50,659 nucleotides of DNA, from positions 1-50,659 of the IMG/VR virus record IMGVR_UViG_3300022699_000112; one strand, 5' to 3'. The notes under the pieces are model-generated. The model worked only from the letters and a program-made list of their open reading frames with translations, had not been told where the DNA came from and ran no database searches. The first letter of the stretch is position 1. Every line of letters starts with the position of its first letter. The position numbers and the translations under genes are program-made. Origin of the DNA: a virus (taxonomy: Duplodnaviria > Caudoviricetes). Of the stretch, positions 16,471-25,140 are shown piece after piece.

Positions 16471-18835
16471 CGCTCGGCTCCCACGGAATAATAAGACCAC
16501 ATTCATCGTATACTGGCTCGGCTTCTTTGTACCAACGCCGCATAACTGCTGACTCAACACGAGCCGCTACATCGGGGGTAACTTCCCGCATACTAGCAAC
16601 CATTAGGTTCTCTACAATCTCTATGCGAGCATCCAATTTGTGGTCATGGGGGCACTCCCACAAAATCTCATCATGGATAAAATTGATCGGCAGAACACCA
16701 TACAGTAGGTGTCCGGGGTCCTCCCTCACAGTCCAGCAAGCTTTCTGAACCTGATAGAGTCCGTCCAATGCCCCCTCTGCCGCAAATGCTTGCAGGGCTG
16801 CTCCATTAGCTGCTTCGCAATAACTACACCGGGCACGGTGCATCCCTCTCGGCGTATCGTACGCATAAAACCCTTTATTGTACGGGTCCTTGCAGCAGGT
16901 ATTAACCCAATCCAAATAGGCTTCCATTTCAGGGTATGTTTTTTTCCAAATACTGCGGAGACGACGAGCCAAATCTTCGGATAAGTCTACCTTGTATGTT
17001 CCTTTTGCATAGACTACCATAGTCGCAGGCCCTAGACCGCCCGGAAAGCCCAGCCCTGTCGGTTTCGCCAACCGTCGATAATACTTGAAGAAATCGCCCC
17101 AAGTCATTTCATCGTCGAACTCTTTATCATGTTCGGCAAGATACTGCTGCTTAAAACTCAACGCCGTTTGCGGTACATATTTTTCACACGGGGTCTCTTT
17201 TCCTTTGCAGGCTTGGAATGCTTTGTATACTGAATCGGTATCTTCGTGCAGGTTTCTTTGGGCCAAAAGAATTCGGAAACCCTCATCCAAAGACATCGCA
17301 ATCTGGGCACCCAAATATGCGTGGACATCTTCCCCGGCGTTAATCTTATCCCCCAAAACACTCTCATGGAATAGGTTGTAGCATTTCTGGGCTAGTGTCG
17401 CAAGCTCCATACCCGAATAATCAGACGAAACCAGCACATTGCCTTGTCGGGGAATGGTACACGGACGCACTCGGGGGTCTACATTTTGCTGATTCCGGGA
17501 GGGATAACAGGCCGACGCTTTGCAACTTGACCGGCCTGTAAGAACCAACGGCGAGTAGCTTCCCCGCATAACCCCCGCAGGCACCTTAACCCCATCTACT
17601 TCACGATAAAACTTCGGGAGATAGTCCGTTACTATTTTCCGCAATGCCTTGCGTTCTGACCACAATTTCAAAAGTCGGTCCTTATCTGCAAACCGGGCAA
17701 TCCATTCTTCATCTGTTTGCAGGTTAATAAAATCTGGTATTTCGTGGTGGGCCTCTATATACTCGGCAGTAAACTTTCTATCATCTGCGGTAACAGGATA
17801 TCCTGTGTCCGGTAGCTTTTCTAAAGTCTTTTCCGTAGGCCACGCCTCCACAATACCTTGGCGGGCGAGGTCCCAGATATACTGTTGCAACACCTTGGTG
17901 GGCATTTTGTCGCTGGTACCCTTTTTCATCTTAGGAGGACAGTCACACCTCTGGGGTCGACCAGCTTTATATTCTGGGTGGTTTTTATGGTGGACACAAG
18001 ATTCCCGGTGTTCCTTTGTACCTTTAGCGTATGGTTGCGGCGGTTGACCGGGCACCAGAAGACCGCTCTCCACAAGAGGCTCCACCAACTCAGGCTTGTT
18101 GTAGGCTTCTTCGTACTGTTTCGTAACCTCAATCACCTTATTAGGGTCCAGCCGCTCTCCCACGGCTTCCAACAGCCGCAAGCCCCATGCCACACGAGTC
18201 CGGAATGTAGATACCTTGAGGGGGTCTATACCCTCGTGTTCAACGCTGAAATGTCGGACAGCTTCCTCTTGGCGGCGAAATATCACAAGGGTGTTGACCG
18301 CATCGGCCTGCGAGTACTCGACAAACTCATCCGGCCAATCGCATACCGGTAAACCGATCACTTGCTCAAAATTATACCGAACAGAGTCTTTATCCTTTTT
18401 AATCGCAGACCGATCAATACCCAGATATTTCTTTTCCAGATCAGCCAAACTATATCCCAACTTAACATTGCGGCCCCCGGTATGTAATACGTTAAAATCG
18501 CCATTGGACGCTAAAATATGAAGCCGTTCTCGAATCATAGTATCGTGAATACGATCTTGGTCCAATGCACGAAAAACATCTGCTACGATATCGCAAGAAT
18601 CACCATACATCCAGCACAACACCGAAAGGTCAAAAGCAATATTATGCCCCACAATATGCACATCAGGATTTCGCAGATGCTTAATGACAAACTCCGGCAA
18701 CCCGTTCCCCCACGGTACCAAAATCCCGTGTTCTTCTCCCTCAAGATCATAGCTCATACAGATAAGTTCCGGTACCGGCCGGGCGTATGATATCGGTCGT
18801 GTTTCTACATCAATCGCAAGAATCTTCTTCGACAT
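16454..18835 (-). CDS. polA: Family A DNA polymerase with 3'-5' exonuclease domain
   Basis: ExoI AIDVET, ExoII GHNIAFD, ExoIII YSQADA; TGRSS, motif A DYSGMEL, motif B RRLAKPTGLGFPGG, motif C IHDEI. Confidence 0.93.
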   Translation of the reverse strand: MSKKILAIDVETRPISYARPVPELICMSYDLEGEEHGILVPWGNGLPEFVIKHLRNPDVHIVGHNIAFDLSVLCWMYGDSCDIVADVFRALDQDRIHDTMIRERLHILASNGDFNVLHTGGRNVKLGYSLADLEKKYLGIDRSAIKKDKDSVRYNFEQVIGLPVCDWPDEFVEYSQADAVNTLVIFRRQEEAVRHFSVEHEGIDPLKVSTFRTRVAWGLRLLEAVGERLDPNKVIEVTKQYEEAYNKPELVEPLVESGLLVPGQPPQPYAKGTKEHRESCVHHKNHPEYKAGRPQRCDCPPKMKKGTSDKMPTKVLQQYIWDLARQGIVEAWPTEKTLEKLPDTGYPVTADDRKFTAEYIEAHHEIPDFINLQTDEEWIARFADKDRLLKLWSERKALRKIVTDYLPKFYREVDGVKVPAGVMRGSYSPLVLTGRSSCKASACYPSRNQQNVDPRVRPCTIPRQGNVLVSSDYSGMELATLAQKCYNLFHESVLGDKINAGEDVHAYLGAQIAMSLDEGFRILLAQRNLHEDTDSVYKAFQACKGKETPCEKYVPQTALSFKQQYLAEHDKEFDDEMTWGDFFKYYRRLAKPTGLGFPGGLGPATMVVYAKGTYKVDLSEDLARRLRSIWKKTYPEMEAYLDWVNTCCKDPYNKGFYAYDTPRGMHRARCSYCEAANGAALQAFAAEGALDGLYQVQKACWTVREDPGHLLYGVLPINFIHDEILWECPHDHKLDARIEIVENLMVASMREVTPDVAARVESAVMRRWYKEAEPVYDECGLIIPWEPSDGNKV

Positions 18836-18933
18836 AGCTTCCCTTTATAGACGCGATAGGGATGTCCACTTCTATCCGCTGTCCCTATCGCTCAGATTCC
18901 CCCTAGCGGGCCGGTGAACGGGGGACGACTCTT

Positions 18934-19440
18934 TTACTGCTTAGCTCGGTATTCCTCGATTATGGCCTCGATTATAGCCAACGCTTCTGGACCTACCTTA
19001 TCTAACAGTTCTTTACGGAGATTGTCTTTGAGAGCGTCCCAATCTGTAGGATTCGTCCCTTTAAATTGCTCAATAGCATGGACAACGGCCTTTGTTACAT
19101 TAGCGTACTGATCGGCCCTTTGTTCCTCGGCTACCAGCTTTGGCCGGTATTTCTTATAAGCTGCCGTAAAGGCCCCGATAGAGCCAGCAATTATGCCCAA
19201 GGCGCCCGCAGCGGCAGGAAAGGCTACCGCAGCCCCCCCAAGACCCGTTTGGACAGCAGGGGCTAATTCTGTGGCTTTATCCAGTACGTCGGTGGTATCC
19301 TCAGATAGCCGTGTGACCTTTTCTCCCTGTGCGTTCTTGTACGTCTCGCATCCTTGCACCGACACTACGGTGGCAATTAGCCCGGTTATGATTATCGCAT
19401 AGATAATCAGTACCCAATAATTCTTGAAAAACTTACTCAT
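18934..19440 (-). CDS. Predicted lipoprotein/membrane protein
   Basis: Basic N-terminus, hydrophobic helix and VQGC lipobox-like site; second Ala/Gly-rich hydrophobic segment. Confidence 0.6.
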   Translation of the reverse strand: MSKFFKNYWVLIIYAIIITGLIATVVSVQGCETYKNAQGEKVTRLSEDTTDVLDKATELAPAVQTGLGGAAVAFPAAAGALGIIAGSIGAFTAAYKKYRPKLVAEEQRADQYANVTKAVVHAIEQFKGTNPTDWDALKDNLRKELLDKVGPEALAIIEAIIEEYRAKQ

Positions 19441-19598
19441 TACAGTACCCCTAGATACAAAAAACAAGCGACTATATCAGCAATCGCTAAAACAAAAAAC
19501 CCGCCACACTTATACCACTCTCTGCAAAAAGCACAGTCAAGAGCCACCACCCCACAAAAGAGAGCTAGTATAATGCTAAGAATAGCTAATACCACCAT
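19440..19598 (-). CDS. 52-aa two-TM membrane protein; not in the ORF track
   Basis: Hand translation MVVLAILSIILALFCGVVALDCAFCREWYKCGGFFVLAIADIVACFLYLGVL; TAATG coupling to the next gene. Confidence 0.55.
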   Translation of the reverse strand: MVVLAILSIILALFCGVVALDCAFCREWYKCGGFFVLAIADIVACFLYLGVL

Positions 19599-19600
19599 TT

Positions 19601-19987
19601 TTAAAATCTCTTTCCGTGTTTATAATCTCGTCTTGCGTTATATTCGTGCTTGTCAAACAAAGCACCCGGTATATCCCAACCCATTTGAACCGCCAAATCC
19701 AAAATTCGGATTATGGCATCCGCTAATTCCACTTCTACGTTCAAATAGTCCGGGCAGTGCTCGTCCTTGCCCTCCGGGTCTGCTCGCCACTGCTCTATCG
19801 CTTCGGATACCTCAGTCATTATCAGGGCCAGTTTTTCAGTCACCAAAGCTCTTTTGGCTATCTCGGCTGTCTGAACCGGGTGCTGTTCGCAGTAAAGAAA
19901 ATCATCCCAAAACCCTTTACTGTTGGCTAAATCATTGACCTCAAAAGCAATTTCGATCAAACCGTCTATTGATTCTGGCATAAGCAT
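19601..19987 (-). CDS. MazG-like NTP pyrophosphohydrolase
   Basis: EKLALIMTEVSEAIE...EVELADAIIRILD...KHEYNARRDYKHGKRF. Confidence 0.88.
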   Translation of the reverse strand: MLMPESIDGLIEIAFEVNDLANSKGFWDDFLYCEQHPVQTAEIAKRALVTEKLALIMTEVSEAIEQWRADPEGKDEHCPDYLNVEVELADAIIRILDLAVQMGWDIPGALFDKHEYNARRDYKHGKRF

Positions 19988-20193
19988 GTTATAGTCTCCA
20001 CCGGGTTTTTGACCCGCAAAAAGAATTTTTCATCTGGTTTGAGGTGGCTCATAGTCCTCAAAAGAGCCATAGCGTCACACTGTTCATCATCTTTGTACTG
20101 GACCAACAATTTAAACAAGGGTTCTTTTGTCAGATTAGTCGGTTCGTAGTGGTAAATTTCAATCAAGTGTCGCTCCTTTCCGGGGCGGCCCAA
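19966..20193 (-). CDS. Hypothetical protein
   Basis: ORF filling the operon between coupled genes. Confidence 0.5.
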   Translation of the reverse strand: MGRPGKERHLIEIYHYEPTNLTKEPLFKLLVQYKDDEQCDAMALLRTMSHLKPDEKFFLRVKNPVETITCLCQNQ

Positions 20194-20654
20194 TGGCTTT
20201 GACCCTCACCCAAATCACACTCATCCTTGTCCGGAGGGTATTCGCCAAACTCTTGTTTACAATAGCCTTTAACGTCCTTGATAAAGGCTTCCCATTTATC
20301 CCGAGGACTTCTGGGGTCTTCTTCTGCAATGACATTCAGGGTATTAGAGAAGCTCGGAATCTTCCCGTCTGGGGTTGTCCCTATAAACAGGGCCTTGAAT
20401 TTAGCTTTCCACTGTTCTCTGAATGCTGGCAGGCCCCTTTGCCGGTGCCAATCCACAACCCAATCTAAAAGAGGCCCGTGAAAATAGCGGTTCATAGCAT
20501 AGAAATCAAACTCGGGGCGAGGCCGAACAACTAAGTGCATTTTAGTGCCCGGCCCCATGGTCCCAAGGTAAAATAACAAGTCCGCTACATTTAATCCGGC
20601 AAGGGCTGTTTCCAGAGAGTCAGTGTCGCCTACATGGAAACAGTACTTTTTCAT
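20163..20654 (-). CDS. Hypothetical protein, possibly NinB/Orf-like recombination mediator
   Basis: MNRYFHG...KxxF...WEAFIKDV...FG..P layout; lies next to SSB and exonuclease. Confidence 0.4.
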   Translation of the reverse strand: MKKYCFHVGDTDSLETALAGLNVADLLFYLGTMGPGTKMHLVVRPRPEFDFYAMNRYFHGPLLDWVVDWHRQRGLPAFREQWKAKFKALFIGTTPDGKIPSFSNTLNVIAEEDPRSPRDKWEAFIKDVKGYCKQEFGEYPPDKDECDLGEGQSHWAAPERSDT

Positions 20655-21256
20655 TAGAACGGAATATCCTCAAAGTCGTCCTCATATTCCGTTTCCCCTA
20701 CTTCGGGAACGTCTTCGTATTCATCGGGTACTGGCTCGGGCCTTTTAGGAAACTCCCCGGTTTCGAGATACTGCTCGAATTCTTTGGCCGCTAACCGTAT
20801 CTGGCCGAGATTGATTACACCGGCCACAGCAAGGTCTTTGGCATACGACAGAGCGAACCCTCGGACATTACCTGACCGTCCACCACCGCCAGATTGACCC
20901 CCACTGGAATCGGCCTTAGGCTTGCGTCCTTGCACCTCTTTCGGTAGATCATCCCGGGAATTGAAGAAGCCCGCAAATTTGATCTCTCCGTTCTTCGTCT
21001 GGCCGGATAGAGCAAACATACTCACCGACCCTACATCATCCCTGTTCGGACGCTTCTTGCCCCGAATCAGGGCCACGATATCCTTTGATCGGAAATCCCG
21101 CAGCCCAACCAGTGTATAACTCTTTTCGACTTTGACGATCTTTGTTATCTGGGCGGGAATTGATTCCGTTTCAAGATATCCAGTATCGTTATCTTCAACA
21201 TCGACCGGGATATCACTAAAAAACTTAACCATTTTAGTTACCTTTCTTTTGAACAT
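20654..21256 (-). CDS. Single-stranded DNA-binding protein (putative)
   Basis: Beta-rich N-terminus, Gly-rich linker, acidic tail ending EDDFEDIPF. Confidence 0.7.
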   Translation of the reverse strand: MFKRKVTKMVKFFSDIPVDVEDNDTGYLETESIPAQITKIVKVEKSYTLVGLRDFRSKDIVALIRGKKRPNRDDVGSVSMFALSGQTKNGEIKFAGFFNSRDDLPKEVQGRKPKADSSGGQSGGGGRSGNVRGFALSYAKDLAVAGVINLGQIRLAAKEFEQYLETGEFPKRPEPVPDEYEDVPEVGETEYEDDFEDIPF

Positions 21257-22076
21257 TTTTCTTGTCGATACTTGCTTTACTTTGTCGTCTACGCTCTTGT
21301 TCTAATTTTTCCAGCATATCTGCAAAATTGTGGGTAAAAATTTCATTCGCCAACACAAAGGTGTGCAGAGCATGGCTGTATTCATCTGTGTAATCCTTAA
21401 TATTTAAGGACCCCGTATTCTTGCTGAACCGCCCAATAAGCATCGCTTCAGGCTCATAACCATAGTTTCTCAAAAGACTAAAGTAAGCGGCTAATTTCAC
21501 CGGCATGTCCTCGTAATACCCTGCTGCTACTTTCCAGTCGACAAGGGCCTTAACCCGCCGTTTGGGTCGCGGGAAATCCAGTCCTCTTTGGGTGCACCAA
21601 CGCTTTGTTTCAAAAGCCGTGCTGTCCAGTTCACAGAACAGATCAATCGTACCCCCATACTTGGGGCTGGTCATGGCCGCCTCCACCAGAATAGGCTCCA
21701 CGTTGTGTTTCTCACACCATTTTCTGGCTCTGGATAACATTGTTCTGTAGATGTGCCCATCAAGATACGGAGCATCCAAAGGTGCAGGAGTAATAATCTT
21801 TTCTTTGAAGTACGCTTCCATTGACTCATGTACGGCGGTCCCTAATGCGGCTGCTTCATCCATATACCGGGCAGCATCACCTACAGCATCATCACAAATA
21901 TCTTCAATGTCAATTCCGTCAGGGTCCAGCCCGTACATTTTAACAAAGTCCATAGCACGTTTCGCAGGCCAGTCAAAAGGAATCCCATTCCTGAATATTT
22001 TAGTGATAGTTGATACACTTGGTACAGGTTTATCTTCATGCCAGTATATCCTCGGTTCTCCCATGCCGAATCTCAT
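21234..22076 (-). CDS. PD-(D/E)XK exonuclease
   Basis: PSVSTI, GTAVH, VE, YGGTIDL, VDWK, LAAY. Confidence 0.82.
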   Translation of the reverse strand: MRFGMGEPRIYWHEDKPVPSVSTITKIFRNGIPFDWPAKRAMDFVKMYGLDPDGIDIEDICDDAVGDAARYMDEAAALGTAVHESMEAYFKEKIITPAPLDAPYLDGHIYRTMLSRARKWCEKHNVEPILVEAAMTSPKYGGTIDLFCELDSTAFETKRWCTQRGLDFPRPKRRVKALVDWKVAAGYYEDMPVKLAAYFSLLRNYGYEPEAMLIGRFSKNTGSLNIKDYTDEYSHALHTFVLANEIFTHNFADMLEKLEQERRRQSKASIDKKNVQKKGN

Positions 22077-22357
22077 TTTGTACCCTCTTTTTTGGGAAGC
22101 AAATCCAGAATACTCTCTTTGCTGTTTTCCGTCGCATTAACAAAACAAGCCCACGCATCTTCGGTGCTGAGTAACCCACTTTGCCGGGCCATGTTATCCA
22201 GTATGGCGTACACCCCAAGCACAAGCAGACCCATACCATCGGAGAATTGCATCTGCCCTTGTATCTGAATTGATACACCCTGTTCATCGCACGACCTGAT
22301 AACGAACCCGCCCTTAGGCAACTCAGTCGAGGAATTGTTTAAATTCTCCATATTCAT
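22073..22357 (-). CDS. Hypothetical protein
   Basis: Coupled ORF between primase-helicase and exonuclease. Confidence 0.55.
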   Translation of the reverse strand: MNMENLNNSSTELPKGGFVIRSCDEQGVSIQIQGQMQFSDGMGLLVLGVYAILDNMARQSGLLSTEDAWACFVNATENSKESILDLLPKKEGTK

Positions 22358-23987
22358 GTAACTTTAGACCTTTCGTTAAAGAATAAGCTAAAATACCCGA
22401 CTGCATTTCTTCAGCATTGCGGGCTTTCAAAATGTGGATACGTCTGTTTATACGGCACCTCTCACCATCTTCCAATTCACAATATCTTAATTGGACCCGT
22501 TCTAGCCAAAAAACATTTTGGACAAATTGTTGATAAGCTGCACCACCTCGCAGGTTGTTCAAATGTGGTGTTGAGTCGTCCTTTTTTGGGTGAGTTACAA
22601 ATACGAGACTCACCTGATACTTATCTGCTACTTTTTTGGCTGCCAGAACAAACTGTTCGTCAGCCTCCCAAATATTCTTGCCCCTGCCCGCTGCCGTAAT
22701 CGGGTCGATAGCTATCACCCTACACCCAGCCCGGCATTGGTCTTTAATCCAGTGCAACATCTCGGCTTGAGTTTGCTGTCTGGTAGGCAAAGCATACAGG
22801 TGTTTGCCGGTGTTGTCAAGGAATTTTTTATTTTTTTCCCACGCCTGTCGAACCTCGTCGGGGTGAGCACGCACCCAATCACACCGAGTGAGGTTAGAAA
22901 GCCCGGTCTGTTGGGCCAACGCCCTCAAAAGGTGGAAAGTTTTATTTTCTTCCAACGCGTACAGAGCAACCCGCTCGCCCCGCTCAAGCCAGAACGCTAG
23001 TGCTTCCGTTAACATAAAGCTCTTTGAACACCCGCCGGTCCCGCAGATAACCGTAATCGCCCCGGGCAACAAGGCTTGTGTATACCGATGTAGCAAGGGC
23101 CACGGCCATTCGACTGCTCGGATTTCCCCGGAGATCATGCCCTCGATGTATTCGCGGACTCCGGCTGCCGGTGTTTCCTTGCAGGCGTTATTGAGGACTT
23201 GCCGGATATCCTCTTTGCCGTGCCCCCGTTCCATGTAATCGACAACATCTTCTTTTTCGGCCAGTCCCAGCCCGCCCGGTTCTACCAAACTGACAGTACA
23301 GAAAGGCAATAATGCCTGTTCCGCATCCGTCGCGTAGTCCCGGCCCGGTTGGTCGTTATCAGGCCAGATCACAACCCGCTTACCGTGCAAAGGCGTCCAG
23401 TCTGTATCTTTGGCCATTGAAGACCCTAGACAGGTTGTTGCCGGAATGCCTAGCTCGTTTAGAGCATCAGCACACTTCTCACCCTCCACTAAGACCACGT
23501 TTTTAGCTTTTTCGATGGTGGGAATCGCATAAAGAGGATATGGGGGGCGGGGACACTCCCGAACAAACCCCCCATAGTACGGAGATACCATTCCGTAGGA
23601 CTTCCTCCGTTTGGTGGTAGCTCCATAACGAGCCTTTACCACCAACAGATTGCCCTCACTATCGGTATATTGGTGTATAGAAACGGGGTTGTGTCCTATC
23701 GCCTCGTCCAGCGTTGGAAATACATCCCGTACTTTTTCTTCTGGTGGCTCCATGCGTAGGGTATCCGCTATATCCAGATTTTCTCTTTTGGCTATTATGT
23801 CGTAATAGTCTAACGTAAGGCGACAAGTGAAGCACCGAAACCGCCAATGACCCCCCGACTCGAAGATGCCAGCCGAGGGATTGCGGTCATTATGGAAAGG
23901 GCAGGTACACTTATAGCCATCAAAAACTGCACCTGCCTGCTCCAAAAGAGAAATCAGTGCTTCTCTATCTTCTATTTTCGAGAACAT
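22323..23987 (-). CDS. Primase-helicase (CHC2 zinc finger, TOPRIM, RecA-like helicase)
   Basis: CPFHNDRNPS...CFTC; VEGEKCAD and WPDND; Walker A GTGGCSKS, IAIDP, VTHPKK, LRGGAA, KARN. Confidence 0.9.
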   Translation of the reverse strand: MFSKIEDREALISLLEQAGAVFDGYKCTCPFHNDRNPSAGIFESGGHWRFRCFTCRLTLDYYDIIAKRENLDIADTLRMEPPEEKVRDVFPTLDEAIGHNPVSIHQYTDSEGNLLVVKARYGATTKRRKSYGMVSPYYGGFVRECPRPPYPLYAIPTIEKAKNVVLVEGEKCADALNELGIPATTCLGSSMAKDTDWTPLHGKRVVIWPDNDQPGRDYATDAEQALLPFCTVSLVEPGGLGLAEKEDVVDYMERGHGKEDIRQVLNNACKETPAAGVREYIEGMISGEIRAVEWPWPLLHRYTQALLPGAITVICGTGGCSKSFMLTEALAFWLERGERVALYALEENKTFHLLRALAQQTGLSNLTRCDWVRAHPDEVRQAWEKNKKFLDNTGKHLYALPTRQQTQAEMLHWIKDQCRAGCRVIAIDPITAAGRGKNIWEADEQFVLAAKKVADKYQVSLVFVTHPKKDDSTPHLNNLRGGAAYQQFVQNVFWLERVQLRYCELEDGERCRINRRIHILKARNAEEMQSGILAYSLTKGLKLHEYGEFKQFLD

Positions 23988-24562
23988 GCTTCAACGTGCT
24001 GAAGGAACTGCTGAATTATGAATTGGTCTATTCCATAAAGTGGACGAATTTCTCGATCTGCCAAGTACTGCCACCACAAACAGACTCTGGCCCTCCTAGT
24101 GAGATTGAACTGGTCAATAGCTCGTCGCAAAGCTAATTTTTCGCCTGTAAGGAAGTCAAATTTATCTGACTCAGAGCAACGGGCTATCCCAATTCGAACT
24201 GTTTTCCCTAGCCGTAGTCGGCATTCTGTATACATTACCTCTTGAGGAACCATTACAAAGGTGATTTCTATTGCATCACTGCCAGTATAAATCTGGCTCC
24301 CCTTAAAATCGTCCTTAGTGCGGACAAAATACCCGAGATTTGTGCAATCTGTTACGCGGCCAAACTCCTCGTCGGATAAGCTCGGAGTGTGCGGTGGGAA
24401 TTGTACCGGCTCCTCCCATGCGATACCGCGCTCCAAAGCAATTAGGCTCCACTCAGAGAAATCCCCTCTGTGGTTACAGGTGAGCATAAACAGGTCCGCA
24501 TCCCCAAGGGAACCATAAAACTTATAAATGTTACCCGGTTCGTGCATTATTTTACCTCTCAA
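23972..24562 (-). CDS. Hypothetical protein
   Basis: First ORF of the leftward replication operon; GIARCSESDKFDFLTGEKLALRRA is a recurrent phage motif. Confidence 0.6.
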   Translation of the reverse strand: MRGKIMHEPGNIYKFYGSLGDADLFMLTCNHRGDFSEWSLIALERGIAWEEPVQFPPHTPSLSDEEFGRVTDCTNLGYFVRTKDDFKGSQIYTGSDAIEITFVMVPQEVMYTECRLRLGKTVRIGIARCSESDKFDFLTGEKLALRRAIDQFNLTRRARVCLWWQYLADREIRPLYGIDQFIIQQFLQHVEACSRK

Positions 24563-24585
24563 AAAAGTTTAAAATTTCAAAATGG

Positions 24586-24640
24586 GCCGGTCTCTCCCGG
24601 CTGTCACGCCTGTTTTTGTACTAAGTCTGGCGTTCGACTC
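24586..24640 (-). ncRNA. Predicted H-type pseudoknot plus hairpin RNA element
   Basis: GAGTC/GACTT stem whose loop ACGCC can pair with downstream GGCGT, followed by GCCGG-GAGAGA-CCGGC. Confidence 0.5.
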
Positions 24641-24641
24641 A

Positions 24642-24743
24642 GTGCCCCGGCAGGACTCGAACCTGCATACACGGGCTGGACTCAAACCAGATTATCCGAT
24701 GCTCTTACCGACAGGCGTCCCTGTGCTTTAGAGCTACGAGGCA
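24642..24743 (-). ncRNA. Atypical tRNA-like RNA with enlarged D and anticodon arms (possible TGA anticodon)
   Basis: Acceptor TGCCTCG/CGGGGCA, TA, D stem GCTC/GAGC, perfect T arm GCAGG-TTCGAGT-CCTGC. Confidence 0.7.
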
Positions 24744-24829
24744 TAAGACGGGGACCGGGCAAAGGAGAATGAAAATCCCGGCCCCCTTGGTTAAAGCATA
24801 AAAAAGTTATCTTTTTTCAGAAAACATCC

Positions 24830-24858
24830 TTGACTTCCTTTAATTGTACTGGTATAAT
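24830..24858 (+). promoter_or_regulatory. Sigma70-type promoter, leaderless transcript predicted
   Basis: TTGACT-N17-TATAAT with TGn extension; ATG 6 nt downstream at 24865. Confidence 0.8.
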
Positions 24859-24864
24859 ACAAAC

Positions 24865-25140
24865 ATGTTCAAAAGTCAAGATAAAAATTTAAAAAATATT
24901 CTCGATCACATCGAAGAAGTCGCCGGTTGGAAGATACGCAAATTCCCCAAGCATGTTCAGGAAGATGCTCTGCATGAAGCGGTAGTTGCGTACCTTGAGG
25001 GAAAAGACATTGTCGAGCATCTTGTCCTTTGGCGTAGAGCGGAACGCCGATACCAAAAGAAAGTGCTGGCTTTTACGCGAGCCAGACCTTTAAAGAGGGA
25101 CAAGGAACAGATCATCGACATTTCCAAGGATTACAAATAA
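24865..25140 (+). CDS. Small putative regulator with a sigma region-2-like segment
   Basis: HVQEDALHEAVVAYLEG resembles sigma region 2; TAATG-coupled to the next gene. Confidence 0.5.
   Translation: MFKSQDKNLKNILDHIEEVAGWKIRKFPKHVQEDALHEAVVAYLEGKDIVEHLVLWRRAERRYQKKVLAFTRARPLKRDKEQIIDISKDYK

Noticed and set aside
24586-24640. HDV-like theta ribozyme after the tRNA-like gene
   Set aside because: Position fits, but I could not build the nested double pseudoknot (P1, P1.1, P2, P3, P4) or place the catalytic C
24672-24692. Opal-suppressor/Sec tRNA (TCA in the plus-strand hairpin loop) and stop-codon recoding
   Set aside because: The T arm and D stem are on the minus strand, where the loop reads TGA; genes are intact and tightly packed under the standard code, and all three stops are used
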